Positions 1 through 30,090 of a stretch of 64,000 nucleotides of DNA are shown here, one piece after another. The translations under genes were made by a program, and so were the position numbers. The stretch is from Bugula neritina (Eukaryota; Animalia; Bryozoa): the NCBI GenBank assembly GCA_964035545.1, contig OZ037766.1:23862126-23926125 (forward strand), written 5' to 3'. A model generated the notes under the pieces. It saw only the letters and a program-made list of their open reading frames with translations. It was not told the DNA's origin and did no database searches. Numbering within the stretch: the first letter of the stretch is position 1; every line of letters begins with the position of its first letter.

Positions 1-25
1 AGAGAGAGAGAGAGAGAGAGAGAGA
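1..25. repeat. (AG)n microsatellite, runs off window start
   Basis: Pure AG dinucleotide run. Confidence 0.95.
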
Positions 26-900
26 TCTTATAAAACAGAAGTTCCTTATATTTTTAGTACCTAGTTGGTAAAAATTACTTTCTGAAATTTGAATACATAC
101 AGCTTCATTTTTTGCAGGTTTTGTAGGCTTATTCCTTTAACTCTACAAAAAGTTAAAAGTTATTGAAAAATAGCTAAATAGTAATAAATCTATTTTATAT
201 AAACCTAATTTGGCTGCATGTGATATTGCTGAGAGCACTCAAGCAGCCCTCTAAGAAAGTCACAGTGTATTTTTTGATGAAACATAAGGTGACCCCACCT
301 CGTATATGTAACTTGTTTAAAATTGAATTAGAAAAGCAACTTTTGAAAGCTTTTTTACTGGTTCGCTACTATAATTGCTTTTAATTTTCGCATTACCTAT
401 AATCTTTGAGATGTTATATGGTTACAAAGACGTATCACATTAAATGTTTCTACAGTTATTTGTTTCTTCCAATTTATGTTTGTTATTTTTATGAGTTTAT
501 TTTGTGAACAAATCATTTTCCATCTCAATAAATAATTAAAACAATTTATATTATAAGACAAATATCAAGGATTTAACTTTGCCACAGGGCTGTTCAATTT
601 GCCTCATACCAGATGAGTTGCGCCATGAAACTTACAAGTAAAAAATAGATCTGTCTCAGTGAGTAAATGTTTATGAATTTAGTTTCAATAGAGCAAGACA
701 GCAACATATAAGTGACTTTCGTGGTGCTAGTCATGTTTAGAAAGCCAGTGTTTTTTTTAAAACCTATGCTAAAAATTGAAATTTTTGGATCAAATAGCCC
801 CACCTTCCCTTTAGAGAAAACTAAAATTGCAATAAGTTAATTGCAGTTTGCAATATTCATAATTAGAAGGTACAAGGTCAGGTTTTATGATGAATTTTAG

Positions 901-2110
901 ACATAGATGAATGCACTGAACAGACAGACAACTGTGCAACAAATGCAGAATGTACAAACACTGATGGATCATTCCAATGTAAATGTAAGGATGGATACAC
1001 TGGTGATGGAGTCATTTGTGTTGATGGTAAGCTTGATAACTATTATCTAATTACATTATAAACTTTTACAACTGCAGAGCTGTAGCAACAGAAGACTGTA
1101 AATCAGTCTTGTCTAGCTAAATATCTAGAGAATATTGTGAAACTCATTACTCGTTGAGTTTCAGATATAGATGAATGTACTGAACAAATAGACAACTGTG
1201 CAACAAATGCAGAATGTACAAACACTGATGGATCATTCCACTGTAAATGTAAAAATGGATACACTGGTGATGGAGTCACTTGTGTTGGTAGGACTTTAGG
1301 AAAATTTCTTATATCTCTTGCTTTGTGAAATTTTATCAAATGTAGTGCAAGTTGCAGTTGTACGATTGCGACTTGAGATTGCATGGAATGCAAGTGATTT
1401 TTTTCTGTGAGTTATTAAAACATTTTTTACTGCGTAAACTGTTTCTGGATCTCAATAATTCTTTATGTTTGTTGATACAGCGATATATGCTCAAGCACCA
1501 GCTAAGACTACTCAAGCACCTGCCACAACTACTCAAGCACCAGCTAAAACTACTCAAGCACCTGCTCCAATCACTCAAACACGAGCTTCAAGTACTCAAG
1601 CACCAGCTTTACTACATCTCTTGCTTTGTGGAATTTTATCTAGCTAAATATCTAGAGAGTGTTTGTTGTGAAACTCATTACTCATTGAATTTCAGATATA
1701 AATGAATTTATTGAACAGTGAAAAGTAAAAAAACAGACTGGAGTATAGTTCAAGGTTTTTTTTTCAAGTGAATGGTAATAACATAGGAGAAATAAACAAA
1801 TGACGAATAATATATTACGATAGTAAAAGTTTCACCCATATTTCCTTCCCTGTCTTTCTCTTCTATATATAGGATAACCAACCCACAACGGTCACACACA
1901 CCCACCCACACACCCACACACCCACCCACCCACACACATACCCACCCACACACCCACACACCCACCCACCCACACACCCACACACCCACACACCCACACA
2001 CCCACACACCCACACACCCACACACCCACACACCCACACACCCACACACCCACACACCCACACACCCACACACCCACACACCCACACACCCACACACCCA
2101 CACACCCACA

Positions 2111-2168
<58 letters not shown>

Positions 2169-5100
2169 CACACACACACATGATATTGTTAAACACAATT
2201 TGTGTGGTGAATTTTTTTACGGTACAATGGTTATGTTAAAGCTTACAAGGAAAATGTGAATGTTGTTTAAAGCAAAAGTTTTGGATTGTTTACATGATTA
2301 AGCTATTTGGCTTGGTTTTTGCTCCATTCTTAGTGAAAGTTTCCACAACTTTGAGTATAGTTACTAATTTGCTTCTTTTTTCCCTCTTCACTAATTGTAC
2401 CAGATGCTAGTATCTCTTGTAGACGGTGAACTGTGTCCAGACCTGACACAAATATGTTCTAAAAATGGCAGATGTGTTAGAGAGTTTGTCAACTTTAAGC
2501 TTGAGTATTACTGTGTGTGTAACTCAGATTATGTTGGTAATGGGACTACTTGTGTAGGTATGTGAACTGAGAGGAGGGACTCTGAATCTTTCCCTTTGGA
2601 ATATTCTAGGATTGTGTTGTGTAAATTGTATTCTATAAGGTAGTCTAGCTATGTGTGCTATGAAAGCTGTAGAATATTTTTTTATCAATAGAAGGTTCTA
2701 ACGTTTATAAAGACTTTTCTTACCTGTTTTGTACTTCACACGACAGTCACTCTCAAACCCAGACAGTTTTACTACACATTGTATATTCAACTTATATAAT
2801 AATTTTCTTACATAATTAAGTAGCTTGATTTTTATTGTAGAAAAAAGTAGTGTTTAGCCATGCTCTTAATCTATGTTTACTCTACACTATTCAACTAACT
2901 TTTAGATGCTGATCTCTGTAAAAGTAACCCTTGTAAAGGAACTGAAAATAGTACTAAATGTATTAACAAGCTTGAGGGAGGATTTATCTGCACCTGTTCT
3001 GCAGGCTACACTGGAAATGGTTTAGATAAACCTTGTGCAGGTGAGCTGCAGCTTGTTTAATTATTTTCATGTTGCATGAAAATGTGTTTCACATACCATT
3101 TTATTGCATAATTTTCACACCTATATAGTATACACAATATGATAAATAATGTTGTTTACTATATTATTATGTATTTCTAGTACCAATATGCTGTTATATA
3201 TTGTGTTTCAGATATCAATGAATGTGATGCTGATAATAGTTGTCTTCCCACTGCAGACTGTATCAATACTATAGGTTCATATGATTGTAAATGTAAAGAT
3301 GGTTACAGAGGAGATGGTCGTGCTCAGTGTAAAGGTTAGCTGCTGTTTAATAATGAGTATTGTCTCCATTTCTATAGTTTATTTACTCTATTAGTAGGTG
3401 ATGGTGGCTTGTAGCCTTAGCTCCAGTTTTCTGCTGAAAAATTTTATTGCATGTTTTAGCCAGTCAGGCTATAAGCATTGTGTACTTATTTTTAACACTT
3501 TTAATTGTTCTCAGGACTCAACTTTATGCATCAAATGCATGCCATCTGCACCTCATAGTTTAGGTTTTAATTTCTTTCAAGTATATGTTATCTACATCTA
3601 TAGATAACATGTATATTATCCGTTGTTTTTCGCGTCAGCTAAGGTCTGATTATAATTCATGTATTCTATACCCTAAATTTACTCTATCCTAAAGTAAATC
3701 TGCCTTGTATAACAATGATCACCGTTGGTCACCTTTCACCGGCGTGTTCCTGCTCAGGTGGCGGGTGCCTTGTATAACAACAATTTCCATTATTACTTGA
3801 TGTTGTATTAGATATAATTGTGTTAAAGTTTAATTGTGCTTGAATTATGTGTTACCCCAGAAAAATATTTTCATGCTGTATTTTTACAGCTGCTCAGACA
3901 CCAAGTTTTTCCCATTAGTTTGTTGCCCCAAAATTTGAACCTGTATAATCATGAACAGCTGACCTCTAGGTTTATGTACACAACATTCAACTTGCTACTT
4001 GCAAATTCATAATAGTTTTTTTCTTTGTATATATATTCTAGATATAAATGAATGTCAAACTGGAGATTATACCTGTCACCCTCTGGCTACCTGTAAGAAT
4101 ACTGACGGGGCATATACCTGTTTATGTAACAAAGGATACACTGGAGATGGGAAACTCACCTGTTCAGGTAATTGTATTCAGTTATTCTTGTAATTATATG
4201 ACTACATAGAGTCATAAAGTATAGTAACAGGCAACCTAGTCGTCTGCTCTATTATATATGTGGTTATGAGCTATGTAGTAATGCAGCTGGTCATGTTGAG
4301 ATAAAATTAACTGATCCCCTTGCATGTACTCGTGTTTAATTTTAATTATGTGCTGCCATAGCTGTGCTGCTTGTGTCACAGCTATGATGCGCACACTGCT
4401 GTCCAAGCACCTGTTTGATCTAATGGTTGATATTTCTTTATATATATGAAATGAACGGCAATCTGTGTTTGCACTACTCATAAAAACTAATTTTCTTGCT
4501 AAATTTTTTAGATAAGAATGAATGTTTGTTAGGAGAAGATAACTGCCATGTGAATGCAGTCTGTAGTAACACTATTGGTAGTTTCAAATGTGATTGTAAA
4601 CAAGGTTATTGGGGAAATGGTGTAACACAGTGTAAAGGTGACTATTATATTGCCCAACTTCTTTGAAAAAAAAGTTTGTACTAGCTGGCCTGCATTTACG
4701 AAATTTTGAAATTTTAATTTGGAGTCATTGATGGTAATTAAAGAATAAATTGCCTCAAAATTGATTTAAGAATATTGTTCAAAATCTTAGTTCTTGAAAA
4801 ATTCTTTTTACTCAAAAATCTCACAGTGTGTAGTTATTAGCAATACCACTATTTATCTGCAATAAAATTTTGATTACTCACCATTGAATTAAAAATGATG
4901 ACAAAGTATAGTTTAAAGTTTTCTAAAAATACTAATCACAAACCATGAGTAAAGGCAGATTTTTCTAGTAATGGCAGCAAACTTCTATGCCACCAAAACG
5001 CAGGCTGTTTTTATAATCAGAGAGTAAATGCTCTAAATTTTTTGCCACTAACAACATTGTACTCTAAATGTTTACTATTGTTCCATTTTACAACATTTTA

Positions 5101-8100
5101 TAATGCAGCACTTTGTTCTGTCACACATTTAGACATCAACCAATTCACATATGATGTTTCAATTCATTGGGGGTTTTAGAGGGAATACTGTGTCCTGACA
5201 ACTCCCTTATTTGCTCCAAGTTTGGAAAATGTGAGTTAACATTTGAAAAAGGACTACAAGTTAAGTGCGCATGTAGATCTGGTTTTAGTGGAAATGGTAC
5301 ATTCTGTGAAGGTGAGATCTGTTTTGGCTCATTGAAGTTTGTTTATTCTTGGACTGTATTATTTTTAGTGCTTCAGGTGTGTAGCTTTTAATACATTTGT
5401 AATAAAATAATTTGATAAATATGTTTTAAATTCTGTCCAAATAGTTTAAAGTTCTGAGTAGTAAGTTCCTGACAGCCTGCCAAAAACTAACTTTAATGGT
5501 TTCAATCTGCAAAGAAATCTAGTGCATCAGACTTACAATGTAATTGTATATCTATAATAAAGGTAGGCCTACTGGCTTTTGTCTCAATTGATGTGAATTG
5601 CCTCTAAATAAAAATATATTTTCTAATACTGAAAATATATAGTTCAATAAAGATAAAGCGGTTGCATATTAAAATTGTTGAAATCCCCACATGAAAACAG
5701 TGTTTCTTTCACATCTAAAAACTTTAGGACATTATAAGAAATGTTATCTGAGTAGCTATACTACAAGATATCAAGAATACTGTTAGCGAAGTGTGATAAA
5801 TAATTTTGATAATTATATAAACGTTTGAAAGGTCAAGCTCATAAAACCCTATAATGCACTATTAAAGAAATGTGCACCTGCAATTTCATGTTGCCTTCAT
5901 TTTCTCTCTTTGAGATTTGCATCTAATTGGAAACTAAAGACCTGTAGAGTAATTTATCATTTTGGGATAAGTTTCAACAAGTTTAAAAATTTCTTTTTCA
6001 TGTATAGTTTTTTTATTTAGTAGGTTTTTACATATTTCAAAGAAAAAACTTTGCTAACCATATTACTATATAGTGCATTATAAATTACAAGTTTACTCCA
6101 GTTAAGTTGTTAGAAATCACATAATAATAGTAAATGGATATTGTATGGGACAAAAATAAAAACTCTTTTATACTTGTACAAAACTTTGCTTTATTTTCAA
6201 GTATATATGTGATAATGTTAATTAAGTATCACAGCCACTATGCAAACACTGCTGATTAAACTATATTGACATTTTCTGACATTTAGCGCTGATTGCTAGT
6301 TATTCTTTATATTGTCAATAGTGTTATGCATAGGTTAGTATCTCTTTGTATATATGCATTGTTTTTTTTCAGAAATAATTTAATTGTTGTTTTTTCTGTA
6401 TTTTTAGATAAAGATGAGTGTCTGCTAGGAGAAGATAACTGCCATGTGAATGCAGTCTGTAATAATACTATTGGTAGTTTCGACTGTACATGTAAGGAAG
6501 GTTATAGTGGAGATGGTGTGACACAGTGTGAAGGTGACTATCTATAAATTGTCAAAATGCTCTGAAATTGAGTGTTTTCACTGGCCTACATTAGTTAAAC
6601 TTTAAGTCACAGTTACAAGTTGCAAATTGTAAGCAATTGATCATATAAACCAAAGCATTGTGTGGTATAAATTTTAAACTAAGTTGTATGCATTACAACA
6701 TTCTTCATTTTTATGCTATAATTTTGTTTAGTATTTTCATGGTACAGCTTCAGTGCAATATATAAATAAAATAACAATCACTTGCTATTATTTTTAATAT
6801 TATAAGTATAATTGAAATATATTAGCTGTAAAAATGGAGGCTAGAGAAAATGTGTTCTAAAAGTTTGATAATCACTTTGTTGTATAAATATAAAACCTCT
6901 GCTGTATTACAATCATAATAGGAATTATTTGACAAATTATTGATGATTTAATGAAAGTTTCATATATTATTTCTCCTTCACTCAGTCCTACACTCATTAA
7001 TTATATAGGGATATTTAATTGTCTTACTTTCATAGTTATACTGGTAAGATGTACGCATTGCCATCAAGGATTTGTTTGTTGTTGCAGTAGTTGCACTTAC
7101 ATTATATTAGTTAGAGGTTGTTGTGTTTGGTCTACAACCTCTCAATCTGGTTCCACAAATTGTAAAGTCTGTTCAAAATTTCTACCATTATTTAAAGACT
7201 GGCTATGACTGAAAAAATCTGCTCACCAAAAATTCCTATTACATAGGAGTAAAAATTTGATAGAACGGGAAAAATACATAACACCTTTTTGATATATACG
7301 CATCTAAGTTTACAAAATATTGCAACTAAATCAGTGTCTTTTAATTATACAAAAGTCCAAGATAACAAAATATTCATATAAAATTGTGTGTATAAAACCT
7401 GTTTTAAAATATTGTATGCACTAAATTGAGTAATATGTTTAAAATCTTGTCATACTGTACTCATATACTATAATAACTTTAGACATCAATGAATGTGAGA
7501 CAGTTTCCTGTCATGAGAAGGCTCAGTGTGTAAACACAGGCGGAACTTATGAGTGTCAGTGTGAATCAGGTTACTCTGGTGATGGTGAAACATTCTGTGA
7601 AGGTAAGTTCAGTTGTTAGAGATACTTGTACTCTTATTAATACTAATATATTACATCTACCTGTCAGTATATCTAATCTACTTTGTACTGCTACGGTGTT
7701 TTACTTGTGTGATTTGATGTGCTATATTACCTGTTTGGTGCTACCTGTTGAAAAAATGTTTACCTGTTTACACATTTTTGGGCTATTATTTAGAATCATA
7801 GATCTATATCAATTTTTTATAAGTAAATAAGCAACCAACATAGAAACAATGTTTGTTGAACTTATTTTCATTTGTTTTTTCATGATGTAGATATAGATGA
7901 ATGCTTAGTCAATACTTCTAACTGTCACACAAATGCTGTATGTAATAACACAGTAGGAAGTCATACGTGTGAGTGTGCATCTGGTTACTATGGAGATGGT
8001 ATCACTTCCTGTGTGGGTAAGACAACTGCTATCTCACAGTAACATCATATAGTGATAGTATAGACAAGTAATATGTTTATTATAATTATACTGTAGGCTA

Positions 8101-8600
8101 CCATGTAGTAACACACCATTCACCTCAATACTTTATAAAAGAGCTTTAACAGGCCTAATAGCTCTGAGCATAAATATGCATCTTTATATGTTTACTATAT
8201 ACTACATGCTGTGATGGATAAAACCTATTTAGTTCTTTGACAAAATATTAGCTTTAGAAGGTTTATAAATATTTAGTGCAATAATATGTTTTCCATTTTT
8301 ACAATTTGCCAATCAATTGCTTACCAACTGAACATTTCAAGTTACACACCAAGTCAAAAAGAATAAAAAAACACTCCGACAAGATAGATAGTTGGTGGTT
8401 TATTCTCTCTTATATACGCAGACTGAGGAAAAAACGACAAACCTCTTAAATATTAGGCAGGTAAAACATTAAGGAGTAGGCATTGTAAGGCATAAAACGG
8501 GTTTTAGCCATCCCCATCAATTTCTTAAGGACACGAGCAATTGTATTCCCTTTTTTCACCATTGTACATTAGAATAACCTTTACATTGGTCCATATCTGA

Positions 8601-8694
<94 letters not shown>

Positions 8695-8707
8695 ATGTAT
8701 ATGTATA

Positions 8708-8769
<62 letters not shown>

Positions 8770-11003
8770 TTTATATCCTAACCTACCTTCTCTGTAGACA
8801 TTGATGAGTGTGCTGGAGGTACAGACAACTGTCACTCAGATGCTACCTGCACTAACATTGTTGGTTCCTATATATGCTCATGTAACCAGGGATTCACCGG
8901 AGATGGGAAGAGTTGCACAGGTCTGCTTTCTTAAATATATTTTTGATTAAAAATTGATTTTCGTGACTCATTTATGTAGTTATCCATATTAAGAATACTA
9001 AGTTAATGTAATTTCTTATACATATGTACTATTAAAACTTTATTAATAGAATTTACACACCTGGAATCTGAATAATTGTAAATTCTAAGTAAATGCATTG
9101 AAACTAGTAGAAAATAGTTACATTGTTTTCAGCATGTAATACACTACCTCAATTAGCCAATCAACTCTTAGTAAGTTTGTGTGATTATAATATTTGCTGT
9201 GTAGATATCAATGAATGTTTAAACCCTCAAACCACCAACTGTGATACAAACGCTATGTGTGAAAACTTTATTGGCTCTTTCACCTGTAAATGTAAAGACG
9301 GCTACTCTGGGAATGGAACTTTCTGTAAAGGTAGTGATTTATTGTTTTATATGCAATTTGAGTTGAGTTGAATTTACACATAATAACTCTGAATATAATT
9401 TAGTATAATCATCGGTTTCTCCTATTGCAAAGATGCGCACCATGGGATTTTGTTCTGTGCAGATGAGGAGACAAACTCTGTTGCATATGCAAACACATAC
9501 ATTTCTTTCATGAATTTGAAGCATGTGACATGTTGAGTACTTATCTTCATATGAGAATCATCTGAGAAATGCTGCTGCATATGCTAAATGTGTGGCAGCA
9601 ATTTATTCAGGTGTATTATAAAGTAAGCTCTGAAATTTCATTTTTTAGTTCATCACAATAGTAATGGGTTACACAATAGGTTATTTCTGCCAGAACCTTC
9701 TGATCTGTAGTGCTGAGTTTATACAGTTTATGCTGCGGTGTAATGACTAGTGCTGCCTGCTTGCAAGCAGCCAGAGGTGTCAGGTTGTAATCCCTGTGGA
9801 GGCAGAATTACTTAATATGATCAAAGTCAGACTCTTACAACATTATAAATTGTTTATATTTTTGGTATTTAATTGCAGCTAAATTCAATCCTGATATCTG
9901 TGAGACATGTTCAGCTGATGCATCATGTAGATGGGAGTTTCTTAAAGGATTCCATTGCAAGTGTAACTCAGGGTTTGCAGGAGATGGAAGTAGCTGTAAA
10001 GGTTAGTTATAGCAGTGCAAGTATTATCTGCAGTAGAATAACTCTATAATTATGTCTAAAGCAAAAATGTTTCTATTTAAATGTCACTAATTTTATTACA
10101 TTACAAATATTCCTTGCAAAATTGAAAAACATAATAAAGCATAGCTGTAGTTGTAACTGTTAATGTTAAAAACATTTACCTAATGGTTGATTTTGCTGAT
10201 ATAACCAATGTTTGCTTAAAAAGTCTAAAGTAGAATTATAATTTAATTATGCAATTACTCAAATCTTAAAACATTTTACTCAACTATTTTTATATCAAAA
10301 ACATTTCCTTTTAATGACATGTAAAATTAACCGTCACTTACAATTATATAAAGCTATATAATTAGTAGGTAAACCTGTTACTATATATATAAACATTAGG
10401 CAATGTAGCATAATACAAACCTGAACAATGGACTCGAAAGTTTTTGTTTTTTATGTACATGGGCTAACCATTGCATAACAACATTTTTGCTAGTTGGTTT
10501 TTAATATTGTTAAGCCACCAACACAGGTAATGCTAAATCATAATATCTGAATAACAGCTTTAGGTACTCTTAAAAGGTTAAGTGCAATAATAAGGAACAG
10601 ATTAATTAGACTGAACTTTTTGAAGCAGCTATATTGACTGATTTAAACATGTCATTATTTTTAGTTATAATAGCTGTTAATTTTTTGATAATTTAAAAAT
10701 AGTTGATATTATAATACATCTGGTTATAGTACGAGTAATACACTGAGATGCAGTTTAAATCTTGCTACAACACTAAAAGCTGCTCCAAATACCCACCAGT
10801 CTTGCATTACCTTACAATATTTATCTCATTGTTTTGCAGATATAGATGAGTGTACATCTAACAACCCACCAGCTTGTAGTTCCAATGGATTTTGTATAAA
10901 CAATTTTGGTTTTGCGTCTTGCCATTGCAACCATGGATATGTTGGAGATGGTTTTAACTGCCTCCACCCAGATTTTATCAAGTCGTTGGGAATCTTTGGC
11001 TGA
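901..11003 (+). CDS. Gene A: multi-EGF (mostly calcium-binding EGF) extracellular protein, 5'-incomplete, 15 EGF exons in window
   Basis: AG/GT-bounded phase-1 exons: 901-1026, 1165-1287, 2423-2557, 2906-3040, 3212-3334, 4042-4167, 4512-4637, 5180-5311, 6408-6533, 7483-7602, 7891-8016, 8798-8920, 9205-9330, 9879-10001, terminal 10840-11003 (TGA). Each encodes one 6-Cys EGF. Most have the D-I-[DN]-E-C start and C-x-N-x4-[YF]-x-C-x-C cbEGF consensus. AATAAA at ~11036. Confidence 0.88.
1481..1610 (+). other. Thr/Ala/Pro-rich (TTQAPA[K/T]) 21-bp-repeat exon or exon relic in gene A
   Basis: Acceptor ACAG at 1477-1480, then phase-1 frame [33 protein letters not shown]... No consensus donor; it runs into duplicated intron sequence and a TAA at 1645-1647. 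Confidence 0.5.
1696..1721 (+). pseudogene. Truncated third copy of the 901/1165 cbEGF exon (DINEFIEQ*)
   Basis: ~1640-1718 copies 1113-1186 including the TTTCAG acceptor; the first Cys is mutated and a stop follows. Confidence 0.7.
1893..2179. repeat. Compound (CACACACC)n/(CA)n microsatellite
   Basis: Directly visible. Confidence 0.95.
3701..3780. mobile_element. 50-bp GC-rich insertion flanked by 15-bp direct repeat (TGCCTTGTATAACAA)
   Basis: Repeats at 3701-3715 and 3766-3780; the paralogous intron in gene B (~23912) has a single copy and no insert. Confidence 0.6.
8602..8767. repeat. (TA)n microsatellite with TG interruptions
   Basis: Directly visible. Confidence 0.95.
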
Positions 11004-12407
11004 TATAACTGTAAAACCTGCTGTGGACATTTTAAAATAAATTAAGTTGAAGTTGTCACTTAACATATAATTACTGACAATGAACATATTGAGTTGTTAT
11101 AAGTTTTTATGTAATATTCATGATATTCAATTTCCTTTTGTTTTTAAAGCAAGGATTGCAGTGCTAATTTATAGACACTTGGAGTTTTCTTCCAATTTTT
11201 TTGAATAAATTATCAATCATAAATAAAATACTTTAATTTAGAAAAGATGGCTAGTGGCAGTTGTGTGCACATGCACACATAAAATATATAAACTACTGAT
11301 AGCTTATAGCTACTTAAAATCATTATTTCCTCTGCTCAGCTTACCAGTCAAATGTCTACTATATAGAAATATATAGCTAAAGTTTTACCTATATTTTGAT
11401 GACTGATAATAAGCATGATATACTTTTGGTTTTCTCAACAGATAAAACAAGCATTTGATGTTTTATTGAATATTTTGATTATTATTAATTTGACCCAGTT
11501 TATAGCTGGAGATTGTTTTAAGAGTTCTGTTCGTCTGTAATAAGTCAACATGAAAAATAATAGTAATCAGATATCAACAAGCCTCAAGCTACCCGTAGCG
11601 CTAAAATTGAAAAAACTTTATACCATATCTCTCAATTCTATTTCTCATAAACTTCTATAGGTGTATGTGTCTATATGGGACAAACTGGCCAAATTCAACA
11701 TATCCAGGAGGTAATTATGTAGTATACTACCGTCAGGAATTGAAGTTTCAGGACCTTCAGCATGGTGAGATATGGAAGTAGCACTGTACTAAAATAATAT
11801 GAGTGTGTCACTATGCTTTCATCTTACTTTCACCGATTTTAGGTTTGGTTATTTTTTATTAATTCAAAGTGATATACATTGTCTGTCCATCCATTATCAC
11901 ACTCGATTCTCAAAACAGATTTTATAAAGTATGTTACCAAAGTGTGTAAATTTCTGTAAGCTAGTTCAACTTTATAGCATAATTTTACAAAGAAATGTGA
12001 TAAACAAGAGATAACACTGTGCCACTTTCTTCACATTCACCATTCTAACTGATTACTTATAGTATATATAGTGAATCAATATACAATAATTTAGGTCTTG
12101 CTCAAATTGTTCATGGAAAATTCATGCAGAACAGTACGTGTTGTGGAAAGCAACTATTGTTAAATTATAGGCTTCCTATAAATTGGTAGAATACTAAAGT
12201 TTATGTATATTAGTTGAACATGTGTTACTCACCTTTGTTTCAAAAAAAAAATTGTCTACTCCTGCATGTAGACATATCTTTACCTTGCAGTCATGGTAGT
12301 TATCAGTCACTTTCAACTACAGCTATCTGTTAATATATAGCAGGTGCTTTTTGCAGCTCTATATTTGTTACTTACTGCATTTGTATTAGAATAAGAAACT
12401 GTCCGGG

Positions 12408-28514
<16,107 letters not shown>

Positions 28515-30090
28515 TAGAACGTTGAAATAAATTAAGTTGAAGTTGCCAGTTAACATATAATTACTGACAATAAACATATTGAGTGTTATATGTTTTATAT
28601 AATATTGTGTTTCACATTTATGATATCGTAATTTTCTTTTGTTATTAAAGCAAGGCTTGCAGTGCTTTTTTTATAAAAAATACCTAAAGTTTCCTTCTTA
28701 TTTTTTTAATCAATAATCTACCATTAATAAAATGTTTCAGCTTAGAAAACATGGCTATATAGCTGCAGTTATATGTGCACATGCACTCATGAAATAACAA
28801 AAATACTGGCAGTTTATGGCTACTTAAAAGCATTATTTTTATTCAGAATATCTTTGAAGTAACATTCTATGACATTTAGCGTAGATAAAATATTTTATAA
28901 AAAAATTGGGTCAACTTTACATGAGCAGATTGCATGATCAATGTTGTCATTATAAATGTAGATATTATATAATGATTTAAAGTTGCTTAAACTAGCATTT
29001 CGTTTTATTAGCATGAAATTGGCCAAGCAATGTCAAAGAAGTACTCTGATCAGATATATACTCTTGCTTAGTTGTGAGTTGTAAGTCAATACAACTCTTA
29101 TAATCATTTAAACTACCCTTATCAACGATATTGGCAACAGCTCCCAGGGTCTACTAGATTATTATGTATACGTATCTATTTTATGTTAAATTGATCATAA
29201 ATTTATATTATAATACTAATATTGTTTTTGAAGTTATAAAATGATTTAGTTGAAATTATTAATCAAGGTTAGAAAACAACAAATAATATATTATTATTCT
29301 CAGACGCTTATATACTAGTGACCTTAAATTAGCCAGCATGCCACCTGGATAACTATCTGGGCCACTAAACACATCTTATATAACAAAGCTTGTCATTGAA
29401 TTTAAGATTAGATAGAGAGAAAGTTAAATGTGAATAATTGGAAGAAAAGTTATTATGCAATATACTAGTATATATATAGAAAGTATTGTAGATTAAAAAG
29501 TACAGATGGAAAAAAATGAGTAAAATAGTTCGAGTGAATGTTTTGCAAAAGCATGAGTTTTGGCCAATGTTGAAGCACACTATAAAAAGAAGGAAATAAT
29601 AGAGAAATTTTCTTATCTAAAAACTTTTTGGTTTTATAATTATACACTATTTGACAGTGGTATTACTTGCTATAATATAAAGTTCAAAACAGCCTAATTA
29701 ACTCAATCATTCTGCTTATTTTTAAAAGTGTTTGTACAACTTGACAATAATCACCACTCTCATCACACATTGTAAGTTCAAAACACTTAAATTTAAGAAC
29801 TACTTTATCTATGACTGATAGATTTCTATATAGGTTAAGAAAACATATTAAAGACTAATAGGGATTGGGTTGTGATTTTCATTGGCTGCCATCAAATAGA
29901 TTATATACTCTTTATTTTGATAAAAAATATTGCAGCATACAATGAGTTTACTTTCTCACCTTTCATCCCCAAGTTTTCTGATAACAAAAAAATATGGCAT
30001 ATAACTGATAGTCAGCTTTGCATGCTGCATTTTAAAACTTCACAAGTCAAGAAAATTTTTGTAAGGGAAAGCAAACTGTCAGCAACTGCC

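Noticed and set aside
1750-2198. CV/GVW-repeat ORFs, and YI-repeat ORFs at 8581-8835 and 21339-21872
   Set aside because: Translations of microsatellites; only 21685-21813 is a real exon.
29820-29890. TATA-like and CCAAT-like (ATTGG) promoter elements upstream of the mucin signal exons
   Set aside because: Common by chance in AT-rich DNA, and conservation among copies only reflects recent duplication.
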